A DNA stretch of 64,000 bases from positions 39,990,001-40,054,000 of the forward strand of contig OX597816.1 of assembly GCA_951406725.2 (NCBI GenBank), written 5' to 3'. Each line of letters starts with the position of its first letter. Position 1 is the stretch's first letter. The DNA comes from Octopus vulgaris. Its lineage: Eukaryota. The notes under the pieces were generated by a model that was not told the origin of the DNA, ran no database searches, and was given only the letters and a program-made list of their open reading frames with translations. Below, piece by piece: positions 27,201-40,824 of the stretch. The translations under genes were made by a program, and so were the position numbers.

Positions 27201-30200
27201 TGTATGTGTGTGTGTGTATTTGCCCCTAGCCTACACTTGACAACTGGTGTTGGTTTGTTTATGTCCCTGTAACTTAGCAGTTTGGCAAAAGAGACCAACA
27301 GACTAAGTAACAGGTTAAAAAAAAACGGGTTAACCAACTATTTTACAGAGCATCAATTTAAAAAAAAAAAATTTTCATCTTGTGAAGATCTAAGTTGAAG
27401 ACTTTGTAAGTTCTCTCAGGATGGGTACCAGTAGAGAGAGATGAACAAAAATACTTGTTCAAGCAATACAGAAACATTTAAATTTGCAGAACTATTCCAA
27501 GCATGCTTATTGAATCACATCGACTTTCCAATGATGCCATGAGCTGGATGACTCTGCCGCCAACCTTTTGTCAGATAAAGAGATATTTGCCGATCTGGTT
27601 ATGACATAATTGTTATTCTCCTTTGATTAAAAAATTAAAACAAAATACATGTAAAATGGAAACAAAATAAGAAAGATTTATACCTGCATAGGGGTTTCAG
27701 CTAACATGCGTTTCTTAACCTCGATGTTGTTTTGGTCAAACTTTGAGACAAACATGTAGTCTTCCTGAGAGATCATCTGGCCCCTAAATTCAAAGAAAGA
27801 AATCAATTATAAATGTAGAGTTTTCAGAGGAAGAGCTGGCATAAATATAATTTGGAAGGGCAGGACAGACAACATCTGTTATATTTAGAGTGTATCTACT
27901 TCGCTGTAAGCTGAGAGTATGTCCCCAACACCATCTCATCTTCATCACCATCATCTCTCTTCCCTTTCTTTTCCCCTCTCTTTCAACCTGAGGCAGCCGT
28001 GTTTCCTGTTGCAAGACACCTTTTTTGACCCTCAGTATTACTCACCCCCTCAGTTGATGGGCCTTGTCTTACAAGTTACGTGGTGACCTCCCTGGTGCTG
28101 GTGTCATAAAAAGCATCTATTACACTTTGTAAAGTGATTGGTATTAGGAAAAGCATCCATCCACAGAACCATGCCAAAGCAAACAGCTTGGTGCAGCCTT
28201 ATGTCTTGCCAGATCCTGTCAAACAGTCCAACCCAATCAGTTGATATTGCATACATATTTGTATGTGATACTATTTAAAATTTTCTTGGTGAAAAAGGCA
28301 GTGATCAGGCAAAATCATTAGCATGCCAAACAAAATGCTTAACAGTATTTTGTCCATCTTTATGCTCTGTTGAGGTTGACTTTGCCTTTTATCCTTTCAG
28401 AATCAATAAAAGAAACATCAGTTGAGTACTGGGGTCGATATAATTGATTTACCCCCTCCCCAGAAATCACTGGCCTTGTGCCAAAAATTTGAATATTTTG
28501 TTGGTGAAAGCTGTCTCCAAGTAAAGTGTGTTTCTGTGTATTTTCAGTAAGAATGATTGATTTATGCCAGCAATTTGAAAGAAAAGCCAAAGAATCTCAA
28601 GATAAAAGGATACTTACTGGAGGTAACATTGCCAGTTGATACGGTTAGCTCTGATATCATTAGCATGTCTCTGCAGTGTACTAGTGGCTGTTTGAGCACC
28701 TGATGAAAAAAAAAATATATATATATTAAAACATTTATAATAATTATTGTCATTGTAATAATCATACTTAATTCTTGCTGTTCTCATGGGCTGGGTGAAG
28801 CTTGCGTTAAAGTTATCTTGTTAGGTGGACTACAAATGTTTCATGTATCATATTTTTTGCCATACAAGTTAAATTTTTCAGACCAAAATTTACAACCACA
28901 AAAAAAAAAAAAAAAAAAAAGAAAAAAAAAGTAGGTTGACTTTTACACCAAGATGACTTCAGAGGACCAAAAATTCCATGTGAAATGCGGCGGGATTTGG
29001 TAAGATAGTGACAATGTTTGAATGTTCAGATGATATACTAAGATGACTTCTATGTCAGAAGAGATGGTTATTATTTCTTGCTTTTCTCACGAGTTGGGTG
29101 AAGCTAGTGTATGTAAAAGTTACCTTGGAGATGTTTTATAATAAAAGGCAATTTTAACATACAATGAACTGAGTTTTGACTTACAATTCTATATTTAAGA
29201 GATGAGGAATTATGTATATTATTTAAATTTGACAGATATTTGTCCTCATCTTGTTTGTTGTTAACACAACATTTCAGCTGATATACCCTCCAGCCTTCTT
29301 TAGGTGTCTTGGGGAAATTTCAAACCTGGGTTCTCATTCCTAATGGTATTTTTCGATATTATTATTATTATTATTGTTGTTTTTGTTCAGGTCACTGCTT
29401 GGAATTGAACTTGAAATCTTGGGGTTAGTAGCCCGCGCTCTTAACCACTATGCTATATGCCCGTGAGTATATGTTTTGACTTGATTGGATCCCGTTTCTC
29501 TTTACTCCAGAACCACAGCCAATATGTCATCCTTTTTTAGCAAGACTATGAAATTTGAGAGCTTAAGTTATTTCTAGCAGGTCACATGACCATGTAGAGG
29601 CTCTTTCATTGATTAGTTGTTAGTTATAATACATCATGGTTTGTGAAGATACATGCTTTATAAACCTGTGCCTTCTCACAGTACCAAAAGCTAGTCATAA
29701 GGTCAGAGAATTATTGTTGTTCGATATATGAAAGGAGGACAGCTTTATTGATGCATTCAATGACTGAGTTACTTTGGGTGAAAATGCAGTTAACGCATAG
29801 AAGCACAAGGAAGCAGGAATATGTTTTGTTTATGTCATTCGTAGTCTTTCTACAGTCAAGGCATGACCAAATATAAAGAGGTTCACTTTGCAATCACAAA
29901 GCTGTGGGTACAATCTTATGGAAAATGTCAGTCATTAGAGCCTTCAGATGGTCCAAGTTTTGAGTGACCTTGGAATATGGAAACCATTTGGAAGCCGATT
30001 GGATGGAATGCACCAGTAATTCAAAGGCCAGCTTTGTCACACAGACTGTGTTGACTCTGCCACAAGAATCACCTTAGGGTACATGTATTTTATTTCTTTA
30101 TTGCCCACAAGGGGCTAAACATAGAGGGGACAAACAAGGACTGACAAACGGATTAGGTCGATTACATCGACCCCAGTGTGTAACTGGTACTTAATTTATC

Positions 30201-31254
30201 AACCCCGAAAGGATGAAAGGCAAAGTCAACCTCGGCAGAATTTGAACTCAGAACGTAATGGCAGACGAAATACTGCTAAGCATTTTGCCCGGCGTGCTAA
30301 TGTTTCTGCCAGCTCACTGCCTTATGGGTTGGACGGTTCGTCTGGGGTCTGGGAAGCCAGGAGGCTACGCCAGGTTCCAGTCTGATCTGGCAGTGTTTCT
30401 ACAGCTGGATGCCCTTCCTAATGCCAACCACTCTGTTAGTGTAGTGGGTGCTTTTTATGTGCCACTGGCACAGTGTCCAGAGGTGCCTGGCAAACGGCCA
30501 CGGTCGGTTGGTGCTTTTTACATGTCACTAACATGGATGCCAGTCAGGCAGCGCTGGCATCAGCCACGTTCGGATATATATATATATATATATAACAAAG
30601 AAATGGAAAAAGTTCAAGTCAGGCAAACTACAATTAACACATAGATGTATGGATTTAATAAAAAAAATTGTCCAAAATAAAACATATATTGATATATTAG
30701 AAATATATATAAAAATATATAAATATTAGAAATATATATGGACATATAAATATATGTATATAAACATAGTAATAATATAATGAAATACAGGATTATAGAC
30801 AAAAACATTTTTAAAAAGAACTGAAAATATAGTAAAGAGAAAATATAATAGGCATAAAAAAAAAAACAAAAAAAAAAGCCCTCCCCTCAACTCCTGGGAA
30901 AATTTTTCCTCACAAATTTCTTTATAATTGTAATCTATGCAGTTTGAAGGTATTTGTATAAAATTTCATTAAAAGATATCCATTTTTCTGAAAGTTATGT
31001 GGGAAAAAATTGAGTGATGAGTATTTTCCGAAAGTCCTCTCTCCACTTCCAGTCCGTTTGCACGAATTGTGGTTTCCAGATTTGTTTATTATACATTTTT
31101 TTTTACACTTAATACATTTGTTTTTTTTTATTTTGGTGGCCGGGTGTTCAACTAGATATTAACCACATGTTTTTTTTTTTGGTTATTTGGATATTTTAGG
31201 TCACAGTGAAAACATCACGAGGATAATGTAATGCTTACGATTAGTCATACTTAA

Positions 31255-31305
<51 letters not shown>

Positions 31306-32564
31306 TACATATAGATAGATAGAGAGACAAACAGGTCACCCTCTCCCTCTAATATATTTCAATGTTGTAACTTAATACAAACACACACACACATGCACAC
31401 ACAACACGCACATATCAATCCATACACATGTGTCACACCCCACAAATTATGCAATACTTCCTCTTTAAATATTTGTTTCTTTTCTCTTTGAAATCTAAAT
31501 TTTCTTTTTTTACAATTAAAATCAACGACCTAATTAAAATAAATAGAAAGAACTAAAATTAGTTGTAGCAGTGATAAGACCACCACCACCACCACCACCA
31601 CTACCACCACCACCACCATTTTAACACCCCACCTTCTCTTTCCAATGTATTTAAAAGTTTCAACTTTATGAAATAATTTCCTAAATTTGATAAACTCTGT
31701 TAAACTTTGTTAAAGATTGTTTAAACCAGAAGGTGGAATTTCTCTCATAAGAAAACAAAACTAACATATACATCTTAGATGAGTGGAGAGTGGGATGAAA
31801 TGTAAAAAAAATCTTTGGGGTTAATATAAAGATCTTCACCCGTTAAACACAAACTAAAAAAACCCCAGCCTTTTGGGTGTTAACTCTTTACTCTCTCTCT
31901 CTCTCTTTACTCTTTTACTTGTTTCAGTCATTTGACTGCGGCCATGCTGGAGCATCGCCTTTAGTCGACCAAATCGACCCCAGAACTTATTCTTTGTAAG
32001 CCTAGTACTTATTCTATCGGTCTCTTTTTGCAGAACCGCTAAGTTACAGGGACGTAAACACACCAGCATCGGTTGTCAAGTGATGTTGGGGGGACAAACA
32101 CAGATACACAAACATATACACACACATACATATACGACGGGCTTCTTTCAGTTTCTGTCTACCAAATCCACTCAAAAGGCTTTGGTTAGCCCAAGGCTAT
32201 TGTAGAAGACACTTGCCCAGGGTGCCATGCAGTGGGACTGAACCCAGAACAAAACATTTGCACAAATGAACCTGGGGGATTGGGAGAGGACTTTTGGAAA
32301 ATTCACAAGATCCAATTTTTCTGTCATAACTTTCGGAAAAATGAATATATATTGATTTTTTTTTTTTAATTACGGAGTCCCACGTTTTTGGTTATGGAGG
32401 ATCCGATTCTGAAAAAGATTTTCAAGAATCACATTTTCAAAACTTCAGTCTCCCACCCCTCTTCATTTTTTACTTTTTCTGGAATCTTTTTTTTTTTTTT
32501 TGCGAAATACGTAGAAAAATACGTAGAATAGGATCCTGAAAAAATTTGTAAAATTTCACTTTTT

Positions 32565-32600
<36 letters not shown>

Positions 32601-35600
32601 CCCAACCCCCTCTCTTCCCAATCCTACGGCCTTGACCTTCAAGCAGGCTATCCATATGCTAGAAATAACAGCAAAATTTCACAAAACTGCAATAACATAA
32701 TGAACACCTATGATCACTGCTGTGATTCTTTTACTGTTTCACTATAATGCATTCAGAAACAGACAAAACAATAATTCATCTTCACTTTTAGATAACGGGA
32801 TGGTGGGAAGGTGGGGGGGTGAGGGGATTTTGGGTCGGAGTTTTTCATAAAAAAATTTGAAATTAAAATTTGAATTTGTGCTTATTTTATCCATATTCTT
32901 AATCTCTGTATTTTCTCATGTAGCTTGATTGAAAAAAAAAAAAAAAAAAAAATCGAAAATTATGTACAAACTATTGATTAAAACAAATATATAAGCTGAG
33001 TTTTTTTTTTTGTGTTACGTCATTTTTGAGTTAGGTCACATGTCTTGGAACGGACGTAAGTTGAGGTATGCCTAAATAATAAACAAATATCCCGTGCACA
33101 AGCGTCAATGTTGTCAAACTTGTTTGATCTTGAAGAATACTTTTTAAGTCACTCATTTACACTTCTAATAACAGGACAATTGTATGTAGCACTGTCAATA
33201 ACAAATGCACAATTTAGAGACACACACAAAAAAAAAAAAAGGTCACTAACAGAATAATTTATGCTGAATTTTTTCAGTGTTAAAATTTACATAGGGATGT
33301 TTAATTACTTATTAGATAAATATCAATTACAAAGGGATGTGTTGAATATGCACCACACCATTTTTCTCCTTCAAAAGTGGAGATTATACTTTTTCCAAGA
33401 AAATGACATTTCAAAATTTTAAAACCCCACCACTAAGTTTTGTTTCAAAAACTCTTTCCAAAAAAAGAAAAAAAAAAATTCCACGTAGAAAAATACAGAG
33501 ATTGCGATCTTGAAACCTGCCCCCACTCCCCAAAAGTTTTGATTCTTTTAACACTCTCCCTATCTTGACTTTCATAACCCCACCCCTCCCACGTTACTCC
33601 CATATCGACATTCCAGTTTTAAAACTTGTCTGCTCAATTGCACAGGCGTGAATGCTTGTTGAACCACCAGACGAAATAAAGTAGACTTCAGTGTGGTCAC
33701 TCTCCTTGCTAACAATCCGAACTAAATCTTTGGAGAAAGATTTTTTTTTTATTTCTTTCAAAAATTGAAATTTTTAAAAATCATCCCTCCATCAATGACT
33801 GAAATACCTATTTCTTTATTACCCACAAGGGGCTAAACATAGAGGGGGCAAACAAGGACAGACATAGGTATTAAGTCAATTACATCGACTCCAGTGCGTA
33901 ACTGGTACTTAATTTATCGACCTCGGCGGAATTTGAACTCACAACGTAACGGCAGACAAAATACCGCTTAGCATTTCGCCCGGTGTGCTAACGTTTCTGC
34001 CAGCTCACTGCCTTATGACTGAAATACCAATACTTGCAGCACACAGGTGGATGCTTGTTGCACAGTAGAGAAAATGACGGACCCTTCAATGAAGTTTACT
34101 CTACATGCTAAAAATAACACCTAAATCTCTGAAATTATAGCATTATCATCATTTAACGTCCGCCTTCCATGCTAGCACGATATATATATATATATAAAGA
34201 ATTTTTTGCGTAATACACGCTGGCATATGACCAACGTTGAACACCTTATTCACAAAATTACTGAACCTGGAACTTAACTATGGTCTGTCTATAGCACTTA
34301 TTCAGCATTACCTGACACCTTTGGGTCTCAATGATGCCTTTATATAATGAACCCCTTCGGTCATGAATGACCATAAAATTGTACCTAGAAAGTTACCCTT
34401 CGAGGCACAAGTTTGAGCAAGGTTGTTTATGGAAGACCAGCAGTTGTCCATGCATACAAGCCTCCCCTCTCCATGCCACCGATGTTATCCAAGGGAAAGG
34501 CAAAGGCCAATACAGCTTGGCAGCAGTGACATTGCAACTCATTCTTACAGGTGAGTGAACTGGAGCAGCGTGAAATAAAGTGTCTTGCTCAAGAACACAA
34601 GGAAACTGAAAGAAGTTGTGAGAGAAAGAGAGAGAGAGAGAGGGAGAGAGAGAAAGCAAGAGAGAGCGAGAGTGTGTGTGTGTCTTCGTGTTTGTTCCCC
34701 CACACTGCTTAACAACTGATATAGATTTGTTTACAGCCCTGTAACTTAGTGGTTCGGCAAACAGAGACCAATAGAATAAGTATCAGTCTTCAAAACAAAA
34801 AAAAGTACTTGAGTCGGTTTGGTAGATTAAACCCTTCAAGGCAGTGCCCCAGCATAGCCACAATCTAATGACGGAAACAAGTAAAAGCTAAAAGATATTT
34901 TGGTGCCACTTTAACGTGTGGGCTACCCGACCATTAACACTTTAGCATGCAGTCTACCTGGCCATTTACACTTAAGTGCCAGTCTAACTCCAACCCCTAA
35001 CCCTTATCCTAAACCCAGATTTTGTTATTTCACAACATAGACTATGGACACTGCAGTAGATTGTATGTTAAAGTGACACTGGCATGCTTTCATCCAATTC
35101 CGTTTTACATAATGTTTTGAATCTTTTGAAAATTATTTCACATTCATGCTTTAAAAATCTTTTAACGCACAATTTCATATCAGGAATCTTACAAAACAAA
35201 TACATAAATGTAAAAATCTGAGATTATGACTCTTGAAAAACATGCTTGATTTTCCTACATCAGAAATTGGAACAAATATTTTGAAAAAGACAAAACTGCA
35301 AAATTATGGAAGTGGGGAATTCTCCATCAGATTTTTCTTTTTTTAAATTTGGAATTTATGATGTTTAAAACATCCCAAAACATTACAAGATTTTGCCATA
35401 CCAGATAATGTCCAATTCCATTCTCTAGGAAGGCCTGTACACCTACACACATCCATACATTTGTACACATATATTTAACACATTTAGTTTTCTTAAGCAA
35501 AGTACAAAGGACTACGGATAAGTACAATTGTTAGAGCATTGGCGAAAAATGGATTTTTCTTCAGGCTCTTTGTTCTAAGTTCAAATCCTGCCAAGGTCAA

Positions 35601-38600
35601 CTTTGACTTTCCCCTCTCTGGTGTCCATAAAAAAAAGGTAACAGGTAAGAACTAGGGTTGATATAATCAACAAACTCCTCTCACTAAAATGTCAGGCCTT
35701 GTGTCTATATACATTATTTACATTTGACGGATATTTATCCTCATCTTGTTTGTTGTTAACACGTTTCGGCTGATATACCCTCCAACCTTCAGATGTCTTA
35801 GGGAAATTTTGAACCGGGGTTCTCATTCCTAAGGTACTTTTTCGATGTTGTTGTTATCATTATTATTATTATTCAGGTCATTGCCTGGAATCAAACTCGG
35901 AATCAAAATTTCCCCAAGACAACTGATGAAGGCTGGAGGGTATATCAGCTGAAACATTGTGCTTAACAACAAGATGAGGACAGATATCCGTCAAATGTAA
36001 ATAATGTACATAATTCCTCATCTCTTAAATATAGAACTGTCTTGTGTCTATAATTTTAACATTATGTATTATAATACTTCTAATAATCAACAGAAGTTGC
36101 AAAGTAGCATAGTAGCAAAAGATGGGCATGACTTTGTCATTAATTTTAATTAATAGCAGGGGCATACTATTTTAATTAACATTTAACCAATAAAATTCTG
36201 ATTTCCTGTTGTATTTTTAATCTTTATTTTTTTTACTGTTTAGTTAGGGAGGGAAGGGCAGTTGCTATGCATTCTTTAACTTAAAGCATTGGAGACTGGT
36301 AAGAGGAAGTTCTTGTTAACTCTTTAGCATTTAAACTGGTCACACCTGGCCTCTCACCTTATCATTCTAAAAATATACAGAGACATCATTGAAATTATAG
36401 AGCTGCTAACTGGCGTTTGTGCCAGTGGCACGTAAAAAGCACCATTCAAGCGTGATCGTTACCAGCGTTGCCTTACTGGCACTTTTGGCGGTATGCAGGT
36501 GGCATATAAAAAAACACGATTTTTTTGTGGCCGTTGCCAGTACCACCTGACTGGCCCTTGTGCCGGTGGCACGTAAAAAGCACCCACTACACTCTCGGAG
36601 TGGTTGGCGTTAGGAAGGGCATCCAGCTGTAGAAACTCTGCCAGATCACGATTGGAGCCTGGTGCAGCCATCTGGTTCGCCAGTCCTCAGTCAAATCCTC
36701 CAACCCATGCTAGCATGGAAAGCGAACGTTAAATGATGATGATGAATTCAAAATAATGCGAATTAATGAGCATTTTACTTGATGGTGTAATCTGAATGCT
36801 GTTAAATCAGAGAGCTGGCCTGAATGCTTGCGAAAACATTCAAGGACCAAGTGAGGGTTTCATTTTTTAGCGTTCAGATAACTCTTTCAAACGTAATGTT
36901 TATTTATTCACATTGTTTTGAATTAACCATGCTTTATCTCATCGCTCCAAGATTTCGATGATATGATTGTTTATTTTTACAATGATATTGTAAGAGTAGG
37001 TGATAGGCTGGCCAGTTTGAATATAAAACAGGTAGAATATTTGGGCCAGATTAAAGCAGGTAATAGGCTATGTTCATCCCACAGTCATCATCAACAACAA
37101 TGGACAGTGGTAGATTTATAATGGGGGAAGAAGTGAAAGGAGCAACTACCGTGTGCCCTCTTGCCAGAGGTGGCGAGCTGGCAGAAACGTTAGCACGCCG
37201 GGTGAAATGCGTAGCTGTATTTCGTCTGCCGTTATGTTATGAGTTCAAATTCCGCCGAGGTCGACTTTGCCTTTCATCCTTCCGGGGTCAATTAAATAAG
37301 TACCAGTTACGCACTGGGGTCGATATAATCGACTTAATCCGTTTGTCTGTCCTTGTTTGTCCTCTCTGTGTTTAGCCCCTTGTGGGTAGTAAAGAAATAG
37401 GTATTATTCCTTTTTACTAAAATCACGAGATCAACCAGACTATTGGATGTAGTTACACATCACTGGTCACAATGTGCTTTGCCTCATTTTAGCTTTCAAA
37501 TAATGCCACCAAGCTGGCTAGGTGAGCAGGCCTTATACTAAAATCATCATCATCATCATTTAGTGTCCGTTTTCTATGCTAGCATGGGTTGGACGGTTCA
37601 ACTGGGGTCTGTGAAGCCAGAAGGCTGCATCAGGCCCAGTCTGATCTGGCAGTGTTTCTATGGCTGGATGCCCTTCCTAATGCCAACCACTCCGTGAGTG
37701 TAGTGGGTGCTTTTTACGTGCCACCTGCACAGGTGCCAGACGGAGCTGGCAAACGGCCACGGACGGATGGTGCTTTTTACGTGCCACCGGCATGGGGACC
37801 AGGCGAGGCTGGCAACGGCCACGATTGGATGGTGCTTTTTACGTGCCACCGGCACATAATTGAAAAAAATTACGTTTTTCTAAAACAAAACAAAAAATAA
37901 AAACATTTTTCTGTGTATATTATATTAATATCATTGACCACCATGTCTAGGTCGAAAAATTCTCCCCTCCATTTTTGACTCATTTTCTTTTTGCTTCTTT
38001 GCAGACTATAAAAGACCCCAAATATCTCAGATAGTTCATCTATCTGTGGCTCAGAACAAAACAGTTTCTAGAGAAAGGGATAATAAAAAAAAAATGCTAC
38101 TGTATTTACAAAGACACAACATCTTACAGGAATTTTCTTTGCTTCAGAAATGTGAAGCAGATGATGAAGAATCAGTACTTGATGTCTTTCCTGAGGAACC
38201 ACCCACACTTTCAAGAATTTATTTGGGAAATAAAAGCAACACATTAAGAGACATTGAAAGGGATGAGTCAGTACAGCCAACAGATATTTCAGAAATAATC
38301 AGTGAAGCACCGTCAGGTGATCTAGACAGGTCATGTGGTTTCCTGTCTGAAAACAGCAGGAATCCTTTTGATCAGAATCAGCTATGACATAGCAAAAAGA
38401 CAAAAATGTCCAACTCTAACTCAGAATCTCAATATGTAAAGGAGTGGGATATTGTCATTATTTCAAGAATTTTATAATTTATACTAGCAGTATCGCCCGG
38501 CGTTGCTCGGGTTTGTAAGGGAAATAACTATATAAGCATTTTTAGAGAGTTATAGCAAAAGAATGCATTAAAAATGGAAAAAAAATGATGGTAAATTTTT

Positions 38601-40770
38601 TAAAAAATCGTTGACTCATCGTAGACATTTTTAGAGAGTTACTTCCCTTATATAATAGCGAAAAAAATGCATTAAAATGGAAAAAAATTATGCTAATTTT
38701 TTTTAAAGTCGTAGACTCATCGTAGACGCGCGCTAATACCCAGAAGGGCTCGATATGAATCACGACTATAAGATACCCGAATTTGGTTAAACTGCACCGC
38801 AAAATGTGGGAGTAGTTAGGAATCTAAATCGTAGGAGACAGACACACAACCTTACTTTTATATATAACTAACAATATCGCCCGGCGTTGCTCGTGTTTGT
38901 AAGGGAAATAACTATATAAGCATTTTTAGAGAATTACTTCCCTTATAGATGCCAATTCGGGCTTTCTTAGCCATTTCTGTTTTGGTGTCTTCAAGCCATG
39001 AAGTCGTTGTTCTAAAAGAACGCTGGTCTCCTTGACAACGCTTTACGACGTTGATTTCCTTACACTCCCTTCCCCACAGCTTCACGAGGGAGGGAAGAAG
39101 GGGGAGAAGCAAACAGGTGCAGGTGTGACCATGGACGCCAACTCCGCCGCCATCGACACACGAAAAATTATGCATTAAAATGGAATAAAAAATGATGTTA
39201 AATTATTTTTAAAATCGTAGACTCATCGTAGACGCACGCTAATACCCAGACGGGCTCGATATGAATTACGACTATAAGATACCCGAATTTGGTTAAACTG
39301 CACCGCAAAATGTGGGAGTAGTTAGGAATCTAAATCAAAGGGGACAGACACTCACACAACTACAGTTTTATATATATAGATATAAAGACTAGTCACAGAC
39401 ATAGGCATGTGGTTAAAAAGTTTGCTTTGCAACATGGTTTTGGCTTCAGTTCCACTGCATGACACCTTGAGCAAATGTCTCCTACTATAGCCCGGGGGTG
39501 GTCGACCAATGCCTTGTGAATGAATTTGGTACACACACACACATGTGTGATATGGGTGTGTATGTGTTTGTCTCGTCCCACCCATTGCTTGATAACTGAT
39601 GTTGGTTTATGTCCCTGTGGCTTAGTGGTTCAACATAAGAGACTGATAGAATAAGTAGCAAACTTGAAAATAAGTACTGGTGCCGGTTTGATCCACTAAA
39701 TCCTTCGAAAGGTGCCCCAGCATGGCTGTAGTCCAATGACAGCAACAAGTAAAATATAATCATGACAACGGTGAGCAACATATGAAGAAGTGACTCCCTA
39801 AAAGCCTATTTGAAAGGTGCAGCTTGTTGTTTTAATTCTAACATGATGTGCAGATGATGCGACAAGTTTTCTAGTGAGGATGGCTTTAACGACTGGCAAA
39901 AAAGCAAGAGGTGAAAATGAGAAATCAAGAACAAAGCTAAAGCCATAAAGGATTCAATCTTCTACATAAGAAAATATTATCATATTGAGAGTTGATTGAG
40001 ATCGTGACAACGTAAAAAGCAGCATCCAATTTGTGGCCGTTGCCAGCTTCGTCTGGTCTCCGTACCGGTGGCATGTAAAAAGCACCATCTGATTCGTGGC
40101 CGTTGCCAGCTTCGTCTGGTCTCCGTGCCGGTGGCATGCAAAAAGCACCATCCGATCGTGGCCGTTTGCCAGCCTCGTCTGGCACCTGTGCCAGTGGTAC
40201 ATAAAAAGCACCCACTACACTCACGGAGTGGTTGGCGTTAGGAAGGGCATCCAGCTGTAGAAACTCTGCCAGATCAGACTGGTCCTGGTGCAGCCTTCTG
40301 GCTTCCCAGACACCAGTTGAACCGTCCAACCCATGCTAGCATGGAAAGCGGACGTTAAACGATAATGATGATGAAGTAGTGAAGAGATCATAAGATCCAA
40401 ACATAAAGGGAAGTTTTTTTTTGAATTCTGGAATATATGACACAATTTGATCCATTTCTGATGAGTCATCTTAATCCTTCGAATGTCCAAATCATTTTAA
40501 TAAGTTTTTCTTAAATGTCCATGCTTGTTTTCAAAGTTTTACTTAGCCTTTGTTACATACCTCTCTTTACTCTTTTACTTGTTTCAGTCATTTGACTGCG
40601 GCCATGCTGGAGCACCGCCTTTAGTCGAGCAAATCGACCCCGGGACTTATTCTTTGTAAGCCCAGTACTTGTTCTATTGGTCTTTTTTGCCGAACCGCTA
40701 AGTGACAGGGATGTAAACACACCAGCATCGGTTGTCAAGCAATGCTAGGGGGACAAACATAGACACACAA

Positions 40771-40824
<54 letters not shown>

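Noticed and set aside
29581-29590. Perfect GTCACATGAC M-box/CLEAR site in intron 1
   Set aside because: Lies in sequence resembling a dispersed repeat (similar context near 27005-27035) and far from the inferred promoter
38046-38387. 113-aa acidic ORF as a nested gene
   Set aside because: No ATG start, no recognisable domain or splice partners; more likely decayed transposon sequence
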